Shown here: positions 26,723-39,046 of the stretch, piece by piece | Position numbering within the stretch: position 1 is the first letter of the stretch | Layout: each line of letters opens with the position of its first letter | Assembly (NCBI GenBank): GCA_903813345.2 | Contig: CAIIXF020000001.1 | Span: 62,001-126,000 of the forward strand | Source of the DNA: Owenia fusiformis | Lineage: Eukaryota | Direction of reading: 5' to 3' | Length of the DNA: 64,000 nt | Notes under the pieces: model-generated | Databases searched by the model: none | What the model saw: the letters and a program-made list of their open reading frames with translations, nothing else | Told to the model about the DNA's origin: nothing | Position numbers and translations under genes: made by a program

Positions 26723-29364
26723 TAGCAAACTAAGTAAAAAATATGAAATCAAAAAGGCAGCAGACCAAAAACAAAGAGAGGACAAGGAGTCCTACTGGAT
26801 AAAGAAATTCCAATGTGTACACCCATACGGATTAAACAACAGACTGGAGAAAAATCTTCAGCAAAGAACAGAAGATGATGTAATATACAACGACTTTGAT
26901 AACAAACGGAAGAAGAAAAACAAAAGGCCAAAGGGAAACCACCGTAAAGAAAAGGCATTAAAAGCCAATGACGTATTTGAAACTATAGTGGAACAAAGCA
27001 ATGGAAATGTACTGGCAGGTATGAAAACAATCTTGAGATTAGTCCCACAAATGAAGAAGACAGAATTGAAAAAACTTGGAATGATAAATATAGAAGATAA
27101 TGATAGACTACACACACGACTTAAAATTACTCTGGAGGACAGAATCCAATCAAAACTTAGGAAAAACAATGAACTAAAAACCAAGAATAGGAAAAAGAAA
27201 CCAACAAAATTCTGTAAAATACTATTTGAAAACAAAGCAGTAGAAGTAATCAACATTGCAAATATCTTAAGAGATGAAGAAGTGATCAAGACAATACCTT
27301 CAAGTATCAAAAATAAGGAACCACCAGGAATTGTCTATATATACACAAAACCAATAAGGAATAAATTGTTCAACTATAGTGAGATTACAGAAAGTATCGA
27401 CGAAGGCAACAATACAGGAGAATGTGATTGTAATACATCTGAATTTAAGGATGAAGACCATGGTCACATCATAACAGGAAATCTGAAGATTATACAAAAT
27501 TCAAAATTGAGAAAGCTATTTAGTAAAGGTCCTGGCTATAGAGAAAAACGAAACATTAACTTCAGGAAAGCAAAAGAAGAAATAAAGAAAGGAATAGATG
27601 AATATGCAATAAGTTGGACAAAAAATGAAAAAGTTTCAAAAGTATACTTAAATGAATGGAAAAATACTGTAATGGAAAAGGTTAAACAAAAGATTGAGTT
27701 ACTTCAAAATACAAAATTTAGACATATTAAAAATCCAAAGCAGACACTAAAGGACCATAATGCTATGGAAGAACTCAATCAACTCAAGGAAAAATATGCC
27801 ATTGTACCTATTGATAAGGCAGCAAATAATATTGGGTTTATGTGCAAACAATACTACATAAAGAAGATTAAAGAGGAAATTGGGAGTGACACCTATCAAA
27901 GGATAGAAGATAAAGGAGAAGAAGATATAGTGGAGGAAATCAAAGAGACAATGAAAACAAAATTCAAGATTGAACCGGGAGAAGAACAAAATATTATACC
28001 AAGGATTCATCTTACAATTAAAATGCATAAACAGCCAATTAAATTTAGATATATCATTGGCTCAAAGAAAAGTTCTGTAAAACCAGCTGCCAAAAAACTG
28101 ACCAAAATTCTTAAACTAGTGCAATATACTAACAAAAGATACTGTGAGAAGATTAAGGATTATACAGGTGCCAATAGGATGTGGATCAGTGACAATAACC
28201 AAAATATGTTAGATAACATTAAAAGTGTAAATTTAAGGAACGGGGCAAGAAACATAGCCTCGTATGATTTCTCTACACTATACACAAAGATTAATCTAAC
28301 TGACATAAAGGAAAAACTGAAATGGGTGATAGATAAAGCCTTCAGAGGAGGAACTAACCAAAAGATAACAGTAGGTGGAGATGAAGCCAAATGGGGTGGA
28401 AAGGCGGATAATAAAAAGGCATATACCAAAGGAGAGTGCAATGATCTAGTGGATTTCATCGTGGATACAGCCTACTTTAAAGCAGGGAAATCAATTCTAA
28501 GACAGAAAATTGGAATACCGATGGGAATCGATCCGGCGCCATATATGGCAAACCTATACTTATACAGTTATGAATTTCAAGCCATTGAGAAAATGTATAG
28601 GGAAGACTACTCCAAAGTACTAAAATATGCTAAAACTACAAGATTCATCGATGATTTATGTACTATAAACAACGACAGAGAAATGGAGACTGATATGAAG
28701 AACATCTATCCTGAAGAACTAGTGTTAAACAAGGAAAATGAGAAGGATACAGAAACAACTTTTCTGGACATACAAATGAAAATAGTAAATAAACAAATCA
28801 CTACAAAACTATACGACAAAAGGGAAAACTTCAATTTCCAAATAGTCTCATATCCTGATCTATCTGGAAATATTCCTAAAAACCAATCTTATGGAATATT
28901 TATATCACAAATAATAAGGATTTCAAGAATCTGCAGTCAACTGGAAGATGCAACAAACAGAGTTACCAGCCTGGGAAATAAACTACAATGTCAAGGCTAC
29001 AGGAGCAACATACTAAATTCGTATACTAAGAAAGCTATAACAAGAAATAAATGGATATGTACTAAATACAATATGCAGGAGAATATCATCATGAAGGACT
29101 GGAAAATTAATGAGAGAAGAGAACATTAACAAATGAATATGAAACAGTATCTTCTCCGCAAAGAGGGTAAACTAAGATGACAAATCAGCATAAGACCAAC
29201 AGTAAGGGGAAGGGGAGAGTTTTCCGGCCGGATCAAAACGTTTAACCCACCTATGCGCAGTCTCAAGTCTGTGGACCCTGAAGAAAGATAAGTAACATCG
29301 CAATCAAATCAAGACAAAGAAAGAAGAAAATGAATGAAGAAACCAATGCAGCAACAACAAATGA
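26723..29364 (+). mobile_element. Penelope-like retroelement, Naiad-type (N-terminal GIY-YIG remnant, CxC, RT), 5'-truncated
   Basis: Flanked by cgtccgt direct repeats (26716-26722 and 29365-29371). Single open frame to 29129. Confidence 0.88.
26724..29129 (+). CDS. PLE polyprotein (partial): GIY-YIG C-terminal part, CxC linker and reverse transcriptase
   Basis: The frame is open upstream of the ORF-track start and reads REDKESYWIKKFQCVHPYGLN (GIY-YIG end). It continues CDC...HGHIITG, KGPGYRE, PIDKA, YDFSTLYT, GIPMG..PAP..ANLYL, RFIDD, FLD, LYDKR. Confidence 0.88.
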   Translation, partial: SKLSKKYEIKKAADQKQREDKESYWIKKFQCVHPYGLNNRLEKNLQQRTEDDVIYNDFDNKRKKKNKRPKGNHRKEKALKANDVFETIVEQSNGNVLAGMKTILRLVPQMKKTELKKLGMINIEDNDRLHTRLKITLEDRIQSKLRKNNELKTKNRKKKPTKFCKILFENKAVEVINIANILRDEEVIKTIPSSIKNKEPPGIVYIYTKPIRNKLFNYSEITESIDEGNNTGECDCNTSEFKDEDHGHIITGNLKIIQNSKLRKLFSKGPGYREKRNINFRKAKEEIKKGIDEYAISWTKNEKVSKVYLNEWKNTVMEKVKQKIELLQNTKFRHIKNPKQTLKDHNAMEELNQLKEKYAIVPIDKAANNIGFMCKQYYIKKIKEEIGSDTYQRIEDKGEEDIVEEIKETMKTKFKIEPGEEQNIIPRIHLTIKMHKQPIKFRYIIGSKKSSVKPAAKKLTKILKLVQYTNKRYCEKIKDYTGANRMWISDNNQNMLDNIKSVNLRNGARNIASYDFSTLYTKINLTDIKEKLKWVIDKAFRGGTNQKITVGGDEAKWGGKADNKKAYTKGECNDLVDFIVDTAYFKAGKSILRQKIGIPMGIDPAPYMANLYLYSYEFQAIEKMYREDYSKVLKYAKTTRFIDDLCTINNDREMETDMKNIYPEELVLNKENEKDTETTFLDIQMKIVNKQITTKLYDKRENFNFQIVSYPDLSGNIPKNQSYGIFISQIIRISRICSQLEDATNRVTSLGNKLQCQGYRSNILNSYTKKAITRNKWICTKYNMQENIIMKDWKINERREH

Positions 29365-30255
29365 CGTCCGTCCATCCGTCCGTCTGTCTGTCCGTCCGTC
29401 CGTCTGGGCAATAACTCAAATTCCGTTGGCCCGATTTTGTTCATATTTTGTACACATATACCCTATGGGGGTAGAAGTTCTGCTCGAAAGTCGATTTTCA
29501 AAATGGCCACTCATTTCAAAATGGCAGCCATTTTAGTGACGATTTTACAGTAATTTAGATGCAATATGTAAAACTGTAATAGCAATATGTTTTAAATGTA
29601 AAAAAATTATAAAGGACATTAATAATGCTACAAATGTAGATATTAAAAAAGCACATGGCAGCCATCTTGAAAAATGGCGGCCTTTACTCGTCATTTTACA
29701 ATTTTTGCTATAACTCAAAAAATAGTGGAGCGATTTTGTTCATATTTGGTGTGTGAATACTATAAGCATTGCACACTGTCTAAAGACACTTTTGGTAGAA
29801 GGCGGCCATTTTGAAAAATGGCCACCATTTTGACGTATTTTACTATTACTCGAATAGTAGTGGAGCGATTTTGTTCATATTTGGAATGTGAATACTATAA
29901 GCATGGCACACTGTCCTATGACACTTTTGGTAAAAGGCGGCCATTTTGAAAACAATTTTGAAAAATGGCAACCATTTTAACGTATTTTACTATAACTCGA
30001 AAAGTAGTGGAGCGATTTTGTTCATATTTGGTATGTGAATACTTTTAGCATGGTACACCGTCTATTTCTAATGACGCTTTTGGTAGAAGGTGGCCATTTT
30101 GAAAAATGGCCGCCATTTTAACGTATTTTACTATAACTCGAAAAGTAGTGGAGCGATTTTGTTCATATTTGATATGTGAATACTTTAAGCATGGCACATT
30201 GTCTAATAAAACTTTGGGGAGTACTCGGCCATTTTGAAAAATGGCCACCATTTTT

Positions 30256-32344
30256 AGACTCCAGATGAAATCTGGAGTCTATTGTTTTCGTCAGTTTTCT
30301 TATTCTTCTTCTTATTATTCTTTTTATTATTCTTATTCTAACCCAGTTTTCTCAATAACCATAAGGTTTTCAGTAAAGTCAGTCATTTGGTCAATTTAGG
30401 TCCAGAATCTAGTTCCTCGGAAATTGGGTCAAATTTTTATCTAGGTCAAAGGTCAAGAACTAGGTCAAATCCAGTACTTTGTCACTTTTTTCGATTTTCT
30501 CGGTCATCCTTCAATATTTTCGATCCGGGTTTTTTTCATTGTGTTCCTTATAAAAAAGTAGAAAACCTAGGGTCGATTTAGTTTTTTGATATCTCAAACA
30601 GATTTCGAGATATCAGTGTCCAAAAACGAGGTCCAAAAAAAAGTTCTTCGAATCAAATGTCCAGGATATTGGTCTTATAGGAAATTTTATCAGGATTCCG
30701 AATCTGAAAACCAAATTTGAATCAGACTTCCAGTTCGGAAGTTATGGCGTTTTGAAAGCTCAAAAATCGCTAAATTTGGTGCCCATGTTAAGTCAATGGG
30801 GAAAAAGATTTTTTTGAAGTGAAAAATACGAAATATAGACTGAGTTCACCTAAATATAATGAAAGCCTATGAAAGAAGGGAACCTCGAAGGCTACCTAAC
30901 TTCAAAATTTGGACACAAAAATCCCTAGGTCAAAATCTAGGTCAAATTCATAGTTTATCCTTATTTTTGCGATTCTGACACTACACTTTAATTATATTCC
31001 TCAAAATTTTGTATGCATGTAGCCAAGAGTGTGCTTATAGTGTTAGCCTTTTGCCGTCAGAAAGTATTTTGCCCCACTTTTGAGATATGGTGTCCGAAAA
31101 GTAGGTCAAAATATAAAGTTCTCCAAATTTAACATTTGAGTTATGAATTAAGTATAGAATTTTCTCAGGAATCCGAATCTGCAAACCAAATTTCAATCCG
31201 ACTTCCGGTTTCGAAGTTATGGCGTGTCCGAAAAGTAGGTCAAAATAAAAATTCGCCAAATTTAACGTATGAGTTAAGAATTAGGGGGAAATTTTTGTCA
31301 GGAATCTGAATCTACAAAACAAATTTCGATCCGACTTCCGGTTCGGAAGTTATTACATTTTGAAAGCTCAAAAATCGCTAAATTTAGTGCCCCATGTTAT
31401 GTCAATGGGAACAAAATTTTTTTTGAAGTGTAAAATACGAGATATAGACTAAATACAGCTTAAAATAATGAAAGCCTATGAAAGAAGGGAACCTCGAAGG
31501 CTACCTAACTTCAAAATTTGGACACAAAAATCCCTAGGTCAAAATCTAGGTCAAATTCATAGTTTATCCTTATTTTTGCGATTCTGACACTACACTTTAA
31601 TTATATTCCTCGAAATTGTGTATACATGTAGCCAAGAGTGTGCTAATAGCGTTAGCCTTTTGCCGTCAGAAAGTATTTTGACCCACTTTTGAGATATGGT
31701 GTCTGAAAAGTAGGTCAAAATAAAAAGTTCTCCAAATTTAACGTTTGAGTTATGAATTAAGAGTAGAATTTTCTCAGAAATCCGAATCTGCAAACCAAAT
31801 TTCAATCCGACTTCCGGTTTCGAAGTTATGGCGTGTCCGAAAAGTAGGTCAAAATAAAAATTCGCCAAATTTAACGTATGAGTTAAGAATTAGGGGGAAA
31901 TTTTTGTCAGGAATCTGAATCTACAAAACAAATTTCGATCCGACTTCCGGTTGGGAAGTTATAGCGTTTTGAAATTTCAAGAAAAATCGATCTGATGGTA
32001 TCCTGATAGAAAGTCAAGAGTAGAGAAGAAAATATTGAAAAATGCATCCATCCTTCCTTTCTGATCCTATCCTATCCTTCCTATCTACCCTTGCTTCGTT
32101 TCCTCTCCTTCCTATTCTATCCCTTCTTCCTATTCTATTCTATCCTTCTTTCCTATTCTATCCTATCGTTCCTTCCTATTCTATCCTATCCTTCCTTCCT
32201 TTTTCATCCATCCATCCATCCATCCTTCTTTTTCTTGATGACTTAGTTCATTTTGGATGACTTGGCTTATTCTGGATGACTCGGCTAAAAAAAGTCTAGA
32301 TCTGGAGTCTGAAATTGAACTCGTTCAATTTCCAAAATCTAGTT
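30256..32344 (+). mobile_element. HINE/DINE-like element family B nested in family A
   Basis: 5' hairpin agactccagatgaaatctggagtct, (ttc/tta)n microsatellite, ~0.6-kb internal duplication (30860 vs 31470), 3' atctggagtct plus hairpin gaaattgaactcgttcaatttc and ctagtt; inserted in a T-run. Confidence 0.75.
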
Positions 32345-32644
32345 ATGTGTGTTATTTTACAAGTACGTGTGCGATTTTTCAAAAATTTTAGAGGTGGCTA
32401 CTTAAAAGCATTTTATTTCTTCTGATGACAACTTGGCTAGTGAGCAACCATTTTGAAAATGGTGGCCTTTCAGGTGTCTTGTTTTATAATATTTGCGCTT
32501 CGTTTGTAAAAATGCCAGCCAATTCTGTTCGATGGGATTCGCTACGCTTTGGCGTTGCCCTTGTTCTGGTTTCTTTTAATAATGACAAATTGATTATTCA
32601 GTAGAGTCAATCCAAGTATTAGAGGATTTGATCCACACTGCCAA

Positions 32645-35600
32645 CATGTATGCTTTATTTCAGTGGTGTAGGAACAATGTATGCTTTATTCAGTGGTGTA
32701 GGAACAATGTACGCTTTATTCAGTGGTGTAGGAACAATATATGCTTTATTCAGTGGTGTAGGAACAATGTATGCTTTATTCAGTGGTGTAGGAACAATGT
32801 ATGCTTTATTCAGTGGTGTAGGAACAATATATGCTTTATTCAGTGGTGTAGGAACAATGTTTGCTTTATTCAGTGGTGTAGGAACAATGTACGCTTTATT
32901 CAGTGGTGTAGGAACAATGTATGCTTTATTCAGTGGTGTAGGAACAATGTACGCTTTATTAAGTGGTGTAGGAACAATGTATGCTTTATTCAGTGGTGTA
33001 GGAACAATGTATGCTTTATTCAGTGGTGTAGGAACAATATATGCTTTATTCAGTGGTGTAGGAACAATGTACGCTTTATTCAGTGGTGTAGGAACAATGT
33101 ATGCTTTATTCAGTGGTGTAGGAACAATATATGCTTTATTCAGTGGTGTAGGAACAATATATGCTTTATTCAGTGGTGTAGGAACAATGTATGCTTTATT
33201 CAGTGGTGTAGGAACAATGTACGCTTTATTCAGTGGTGTAGGAACAATGTATGCTTTATTCAGTGGTGTAGGGACAATGTATGCTTTATTCAGTGGTGTA
33301 GGAACAATGTACGCTTTATTCAGTGGTGTAGGAACAATGTACGCTTTATTCAGTGGTGTAGGAACAATATATGCTTTATTCAGTGGTGTAGGAACAATGT
33401 ACGCTTTATTCAGTGGTGTAGGGACAATGTACGCTTTATTCAGTGGTGTAGGAACAATGTATGCTTTATTCAGTGGTGTAGGAACAATGTACGCTTTATT
33501 CAGTGGTGTAGGAACAATGTACGCTTTATTCAGTGGTGTAGGAACAATATATGCTTTATTCAGTGGTGTAGGAACAATGTATGCTTTATTCAGTGGTGTA
33601 GGAACAATGTACGCTTTATTCAGTGGTGTAGGAACAATGTATGCTTTATTCAGTGGTGTAGGAACAATATATGCTTTATTCAGTGGTGTAGGAACAATGT
33701 ATGCTTTATTCAGTGGTGTAGGAACAATGTACGCTTTATTCAGTGGTGTAGGAACAATGTATGCTTTATTCAGTGGTGTAGGAACAATGTATGCTTTATT
33801 CAGTGGTGTAGGAACAATATATGCTTTATTCAGTGGTGTAGGAACAATGTATGCTTTATTCAGTGGTGTAGGAACAATGTACGCTTTATTCAGTGGTGTA
33901 GGAACAATGTATGCTTTATTCAGTGGTGTAGGGACAATGTATGCTTTATTCAGTGGTGTAGGAACAATGTACGCTTTATTCAGTGGTGTAGGAACAATGT
34001 ACGCTTTATTCAGTGGTGTAGGAACAATATATGCTTTATTCAGTGGTGTAGGAACAATGTATGCTTTATTCAGTGGTGTAGGAACAATGTACGCTTTATT
34101 CAGTGGTGTAGGAACAATGTACGCTTTATTCAGTGGTGTAGGAACAATATATGCTTAATTCAGTGGTGTAGGAACAATGTATGCTTTATTCAGTGGTGTA
34201 GGAACAATGTATGCTTTATTCAGTGGTGTAGGAACAATGTACGCTTTATTCAGTGGTGTAGGAACAATGTACGCTTTATTCAGTGGTGTAGGAACAATGT
34301 ACGCTTTATTCAGTGGTGTAGGAACAATGTACGTTTATTCAGTGGTGTAGGAACAATGTATGCTTTATTCAGTGGTGTAGGAACAATGTACGCTTTATTC
34401 AGTGGTGTAGGAACAATGTATGCTTTATTCAGTGGTGTAGGAACAATGTACGCTTTATTCAGTGGTGTAGGAACAATGTATGCTTTATTCAGTGGTGTAG
34501 GAACAATGTGTGCTTTATTCAGTGGTGTAGGAACAATGTACGCTTTATTCAGTGGTGTAGGAACAATGTACGCTTTATTCAGTGGTGTAGGGACAATGTA
34601 TGCTTTATTCAGTGGTGTAGAAACAATGTACGCTTTATTCAGTGGTGTAGGAACAATGTACGCTTTATTCAGTGGTGTAGGGACAATGTATGCTTTATTC
34701 AGTGGTGTAGGAACAATATATGCTTTATTCAGTGGTGTAGGAACAATGTACGCTTTATTCAGTGGTGTAGGGACAATGTACGCTTTATTCAGTGGTGTAG
34801 GAACAATGTATGCTTTATTCAGTGGTGTAGGAACAATGTATGCTTTATTCAGTGGTGTAGGAACAATATATGCTTTATTCAGTGGTGTAGGAACAATGTA
34901 CGCTTTATTCAGTGGTGTAGGAACAATGTACGCTTTAATCAGTGGTGTAGGGACAATGTGTGCTTTATTCAGTGGTGTAGGAACAATATATGCTTTATTC
35001 AGTGGTGTAGGAACAATGTACGCTTTATTCAGTGGTGTAGGAACAATATATGCTTTATTCAGTGGTGTAGGAACAATGTATGCTTTATTCAGTGGTGTAG
35101 GAACAATGTATGCTTTATTCAGTGGTGTAGGAACAATATATGCTTTATTCAGTGGTGTAGGAACAATGTATGCTTTATTCAGTGGTGTAGGAACAATGTA
35201 TGCTTTATTCAGTGGTGTAGGAACAATATATGCTTTATTCAGTGGTGTAGGAACAATGTTTGCTTTATTCAGTGGTGTAGGAACAATGTACGCTTTATTC
35301 AGTGGTGTAGGAACAATGTACGCTTTATTCAGTGGTGTAGGAACAATGTGTGCTTTATTCAGTGGTGTAGGAACAATGTACGCTTTATTCAGTGGTGTAG
35401 GGACAATGTATGCTTTATTCAGTGGTGTAGAAACAATGTACGCTTTATTCAGTGGTGTAGGAACAATGTGTGCTTTATTCAGTGGTGTAGGAACAATATA
35501 TGCTTTATTCAGTGGTGTAGGAACAATGTACGCTTTATTCAGTGGTGTAGGAACAATATATGCTTTATTCAGTGGTGTAGGAACAATGTATGCTTTATTC

Positions 35601-37450
35601 AGTGGTGTAGGAACAATGTATGCTTTATTCAGTGGTGTAGGAACAATGTACGCTTTATTCAGTGGTGTAGGAACAATATATGCTTTATTCAGTGGTGTAG
35701 GAACAATGTACGCTTTATTCAGTGGTGTAGGAACAATATATGCTTTATTCAGTGGTGTAGGAACAATGTGTGCTTTATTCAGTGGTGTAGGAACAATATA
35801 TGCTTTATTCAGTGGTGTAGGAACAATGTACGCTTTATTCAGTGGTGTAGGAACAATATATGCTTTATTCAGTGGTGTAGGAACAATGTATGCTTTATTC
35901 AGTGGTGTAGGGACAATGTGTGCTTTATTCAGTGGTGTAGGAACAATATATGCTTTATTCAGTGGTGTAGGAACAATGTACGCTTTATTCAGTGGTGTAG
36001 GAACAATATATGCTTTATTCAGTGGTGTAGGAACAATGTATGCTTTATTCAGTGGTGTAGGAACAATGTATGCTTTATTCAGTGGTGTAGGAACAATATA
36101 TGCTTTATTCAGTGGTGTAGGAACAATGTTTGCTTTATTCAGTGGTGTAGGAACAATGTACGCTTTATTCAGTGGTGTAGGAACAATGTATGCTTTATTC
36201 AGTGGTGTAGGAACAATGTACGCTTTATTCAGTGGTGTAGGAACAATGTACGCTTTATTCAGTGGTGTAGGAACAATGTACGCTTTATTCAGTGGTGTAG
36301 GAACAATGTACGTTTATTCAGTGGTGTAGGAACAATGTACGCTTTATTCAGTGGTGTAGGAACAATGTACGCTTTATTCAGTGGTGTAGGAACAATGTAT
36401 GCTTTATTCAGTGGTGTAGGAACAATGTACGCTTTATTCAGTGGTGTAGGAACAATGTATGCTTTATTCAGTGGTGTAGGAACAATGTGTGCTTTATTCA
36501 GTGGTGTAGGAACAATGTACGCTTTATTCAGTGGTGTAGGAACAATGTACGCTTTATTCAGTGGTGTAGGGACAATGTATGCTTTATTCAGTGGTGTAGA
36601 AACAATGTACGCTTTATTCAGTGGTGTAGGAACAATGTACGCTTTATTCAGTGGTGTAGGGACAATGTATGCTTTATTCAGTGGTGTAGGAACAATATAT
36701 GCTTTATTCAGTGGTGTAGGAACAATGTACGCTTTATTCAGTGGTGTAGGGACAATGTACGCTTTATTCAGTGGTGTAGGAACAATGTATGCTTTATTCA
36801 GTGGTGTAGGAACAATGTATGCTTTATTCAGTGGTGTAGGAACAATATATGCTTTATTCAGTGGTGTAGGAACAATGTACGCTTTATTCAGTGGTGTAGG
36901 AACAATGTACGCTTTATTCAGTGGTGTAGGGACAATGTGTGCTTTATTCAGTGGTGTAGGAACAATATATGCTTTATTCAGTGGTGTAGGAACAATGTAC
37001 GCTTTATTCAGTGGTGTAGGAACAATATATGCTTTATTCAGTGGTGTAGGAACAATGTATGCTTTATTCAGTGGTGTAGGAACAATGTATGCTTTATTCA
37101 GTGGTGTAGGAACAATATATGCTTTATTCAGTGGTGTAGGAACAATGTATGCTTTATTCAGTGGTGTAGGAACAATGTATGCTTTATTCAGTGGTGTAGG
37201 AACAATATATGCTTTATTCAGTGGTGTAGGAACAATATATGCTTTATTCAGTGGTGTAGGAACAATGTATGCTTTATTCAGTGGTGTAGGAACAATGTAT
37301 GCTTTATTCAGTGGTGTAGGAACAATATATGCTTTATTCAGTGGTGTAGGAACAATGTATGCTTTATTCAGTGGTGTAGGAACAATATATGCTTTATTCA
37401 GTGGTGTAGGAACAATGTTTGCTTTATTCAGTGGTGTAGGAACAATGTAC
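32645..37450 (+). repeat. 30-bp minisatellite, ~160 copies, with a ~1979-bp higher-order duplication
   Basis: Unit gtatgctttattcagtggtgtaggaacaat. The 1-bp deletion variant recurs at ~34331 and ~36310, followed by nearly the same variant order. Confidence 0.98.
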
Positions 37451-38438
37451 ACCAAAATGCCAATGCGTAGTGTTGAAAAGTGATTCCTTAGTTTTTCATT
37501 CATATTTTCTCATCATGAATAAATTATTTGTGATCTCAAGCACACTAAAGAAATGTCTTTTGGACACCATTTGATATTACCATTCTCTTCATGAATTGTT
37601 TGAATTTTGAACATTTTCTTCAAAAACTACTAGATGAATACCTTGTGCATGTTCTTTGCTATCAGAATTATAATGGTAAACCTCTCTCAATTTTAGATAT
37701 ATATTTTTTTTTATTCTCCCCTACCCCAAATTTTTCAATTTCAATAATTCGATTTATTTTCAGTTGCTATGTGGTTGCTAGGGAAAATCATAGACCGAAA
37801 TTATATTGGAATAACAATAAGTCAGCATTTATACAAGTTGTTATTTGTAGTTCTTCTTGAAGTATGAATGTTAAAGACAAAAACAAGTTGAACTTGAAAT
37901 TGTTGATTATACGATTACGCGTTCTATTGATTTCGATGAGTTTTGAAAGTATATAACTTCAGTTCTAGAAAAGCTTTTTCCTTAATTTTTATTTCATTTG
38001 AAAGATAATTGATTATTATTTTAGGAAATATAGCATTTTTCGCACCAACAATTATTTTGAAAGGGTCTAGCTATGTATCACAAAATATCAAAGATTTACA
38101 CCCCCCCTAAGTCTCATAGACCTTGATTTTACCTTTGTTGAGGGGGGGGGGGTTATTTGAACTAGCAAATTAGTGTTATGAAGATGGTTGCAGAGATGAA
38201 AGTTATTTGTATCATTGATCACGGATGTGTTTCTTTAAATCAATTGATCATAATAGTTTCTTAAATCTGTATTGTCGAGATTTAAAAGATCAGCTTTTTA
38301 TGTTGATTTTATATGATGAAATACATTCAAGTATTAGAAGTTTTACAAGCATAAAATGGACGTTATGATATAAAAGATTTGTCAACATTTTTAAATATTT
38401 TTGGCGTAGTGTTGAATTTACACCTTCCTACACCCCTG
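37429..38438. mobile_element. hAT-like MITE whose left end is the amplified 30-bp unit
   Basis: cagtggtgtaggaa / ttcctacacccctg (13/14 IR), ttatt on both flanks, subterminal gcgtagtgttgaa near both ends. Confidence 0.6.
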
Positions 38439-38443
38439 TTATT

Positions 38444-38765
38444 GTCGCCAGGTTGGCCTAGTGGTTAAGGCATTGGTCTGAAAAGCAGGAAGTCTGGCTT
38501 CAGGCTGAAAAGTAGAGGTCTTGGGTTCAAACCCAGGTCACAGCACTTCTTGTGATTTGTCTTTGACCTATGACTGCTGACCTATACCGGCGATGACTAG
38601 AGTGCTGCTAACTCGATAAAAGGCTGGCGCTGGCTAGAATTGTCTATGGTTCTAGCCAGGATAAAGATACCAGTTCTTCAACTCCACAATGGGAAGAACT
38701 GCTCTACCTTAGTGACTAATATGTCATGATATGACATCTAAAGAGTCAATAAAAGATATATAATA
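38444..38765 (+). mobile_element. tRNA-derived SINE
   Basis: A-box tggcctagtgg (38454), B-box ggttcaaaccc (38524), non-tRNA body and an AT-rich tail with aataaa. Confidence 0.75.
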
Positions 38766-38847
38766 GTGGCTCTTTGTTTGTTTACAGAACTATGGTAATA
38801 TGGAAATAATGACTTCTTTATTAATGACATTTTTGTTTCCATTTCAG

Positions 38848-39037
38848 TGTAATCAAAACCATCAATAGAGGGCCCTACTGGTCATGTGCGCGCAGTGATC
38901 TCATATTCCAACCACTCCCTGACAGTAAACTAGCCAAGAAGTGGGAGGAACGGAAGAGGAGATCTTCTGACGCTGCTACTGCAAAAGTCAAGGAGGAGAT
39001 TGTAGAAGAGAAAGAAAAGTCTACAACTTCATTAGCT
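38848..39037 (+). CDS. RERE: RERE exon H (VIKTINRGPYWSCARSDLIFQPLPDSKLAKK...)
   Basis: atttcag|T...GCT|gtaagt, 190 nt, phase 2-0. Matches the Atrophin RG.NSCARTDL.F.PL..SKLAKK motif. Confidence 0.95.
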
Positions 39038-39046
39038 GTAAGTAGG

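Larger units (their letters stand above)
26675..32571 (+). mobile_element. HINE family A copy hosting a Penelope-like element and a second HINE
   Basis: atcccatcgaac (26675) / gttcgatgggat (32527) perfect IR, 3' hairpin acgctttggcgt, (ccgt)n microsatellite split by the PLE, internal tandem repeats at 29660-30250. Confidence 0.75.

Noticed and set aside
26858-28459. Antisense ORFs over the PLE
   Set aside because: Shadow frames of an A-rich coding strand.
26724-29129. Selenoprotein-encoding Naiad
   Set aside because: There is no in-frame TGA in the visible ORF, and it ends in TAA.
29255-29310. Hammerhead ribozyme in the PLE 3' region (ctgaaga...gat/atc...gcaa)
   Set aside because: The required GAAA is replaced by GCAA and the stems are weak. 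An Infernal/RNAMotif search would be needed.
32628-37503. ORFs of 300-1233 aa (FIQWCRNNVC / FSGVGTMYAL repeats)
   Set aside because: By-products of a stop-poor 30-bp satellite open in several frames and on both strands, inside an intron.
38444-38545. tRNA gene
   Set aside because: A and B boxes are present, but their spacing is extended, there is no convincing cloverleaf or poly-T terminator, and a SINE-like body follows.
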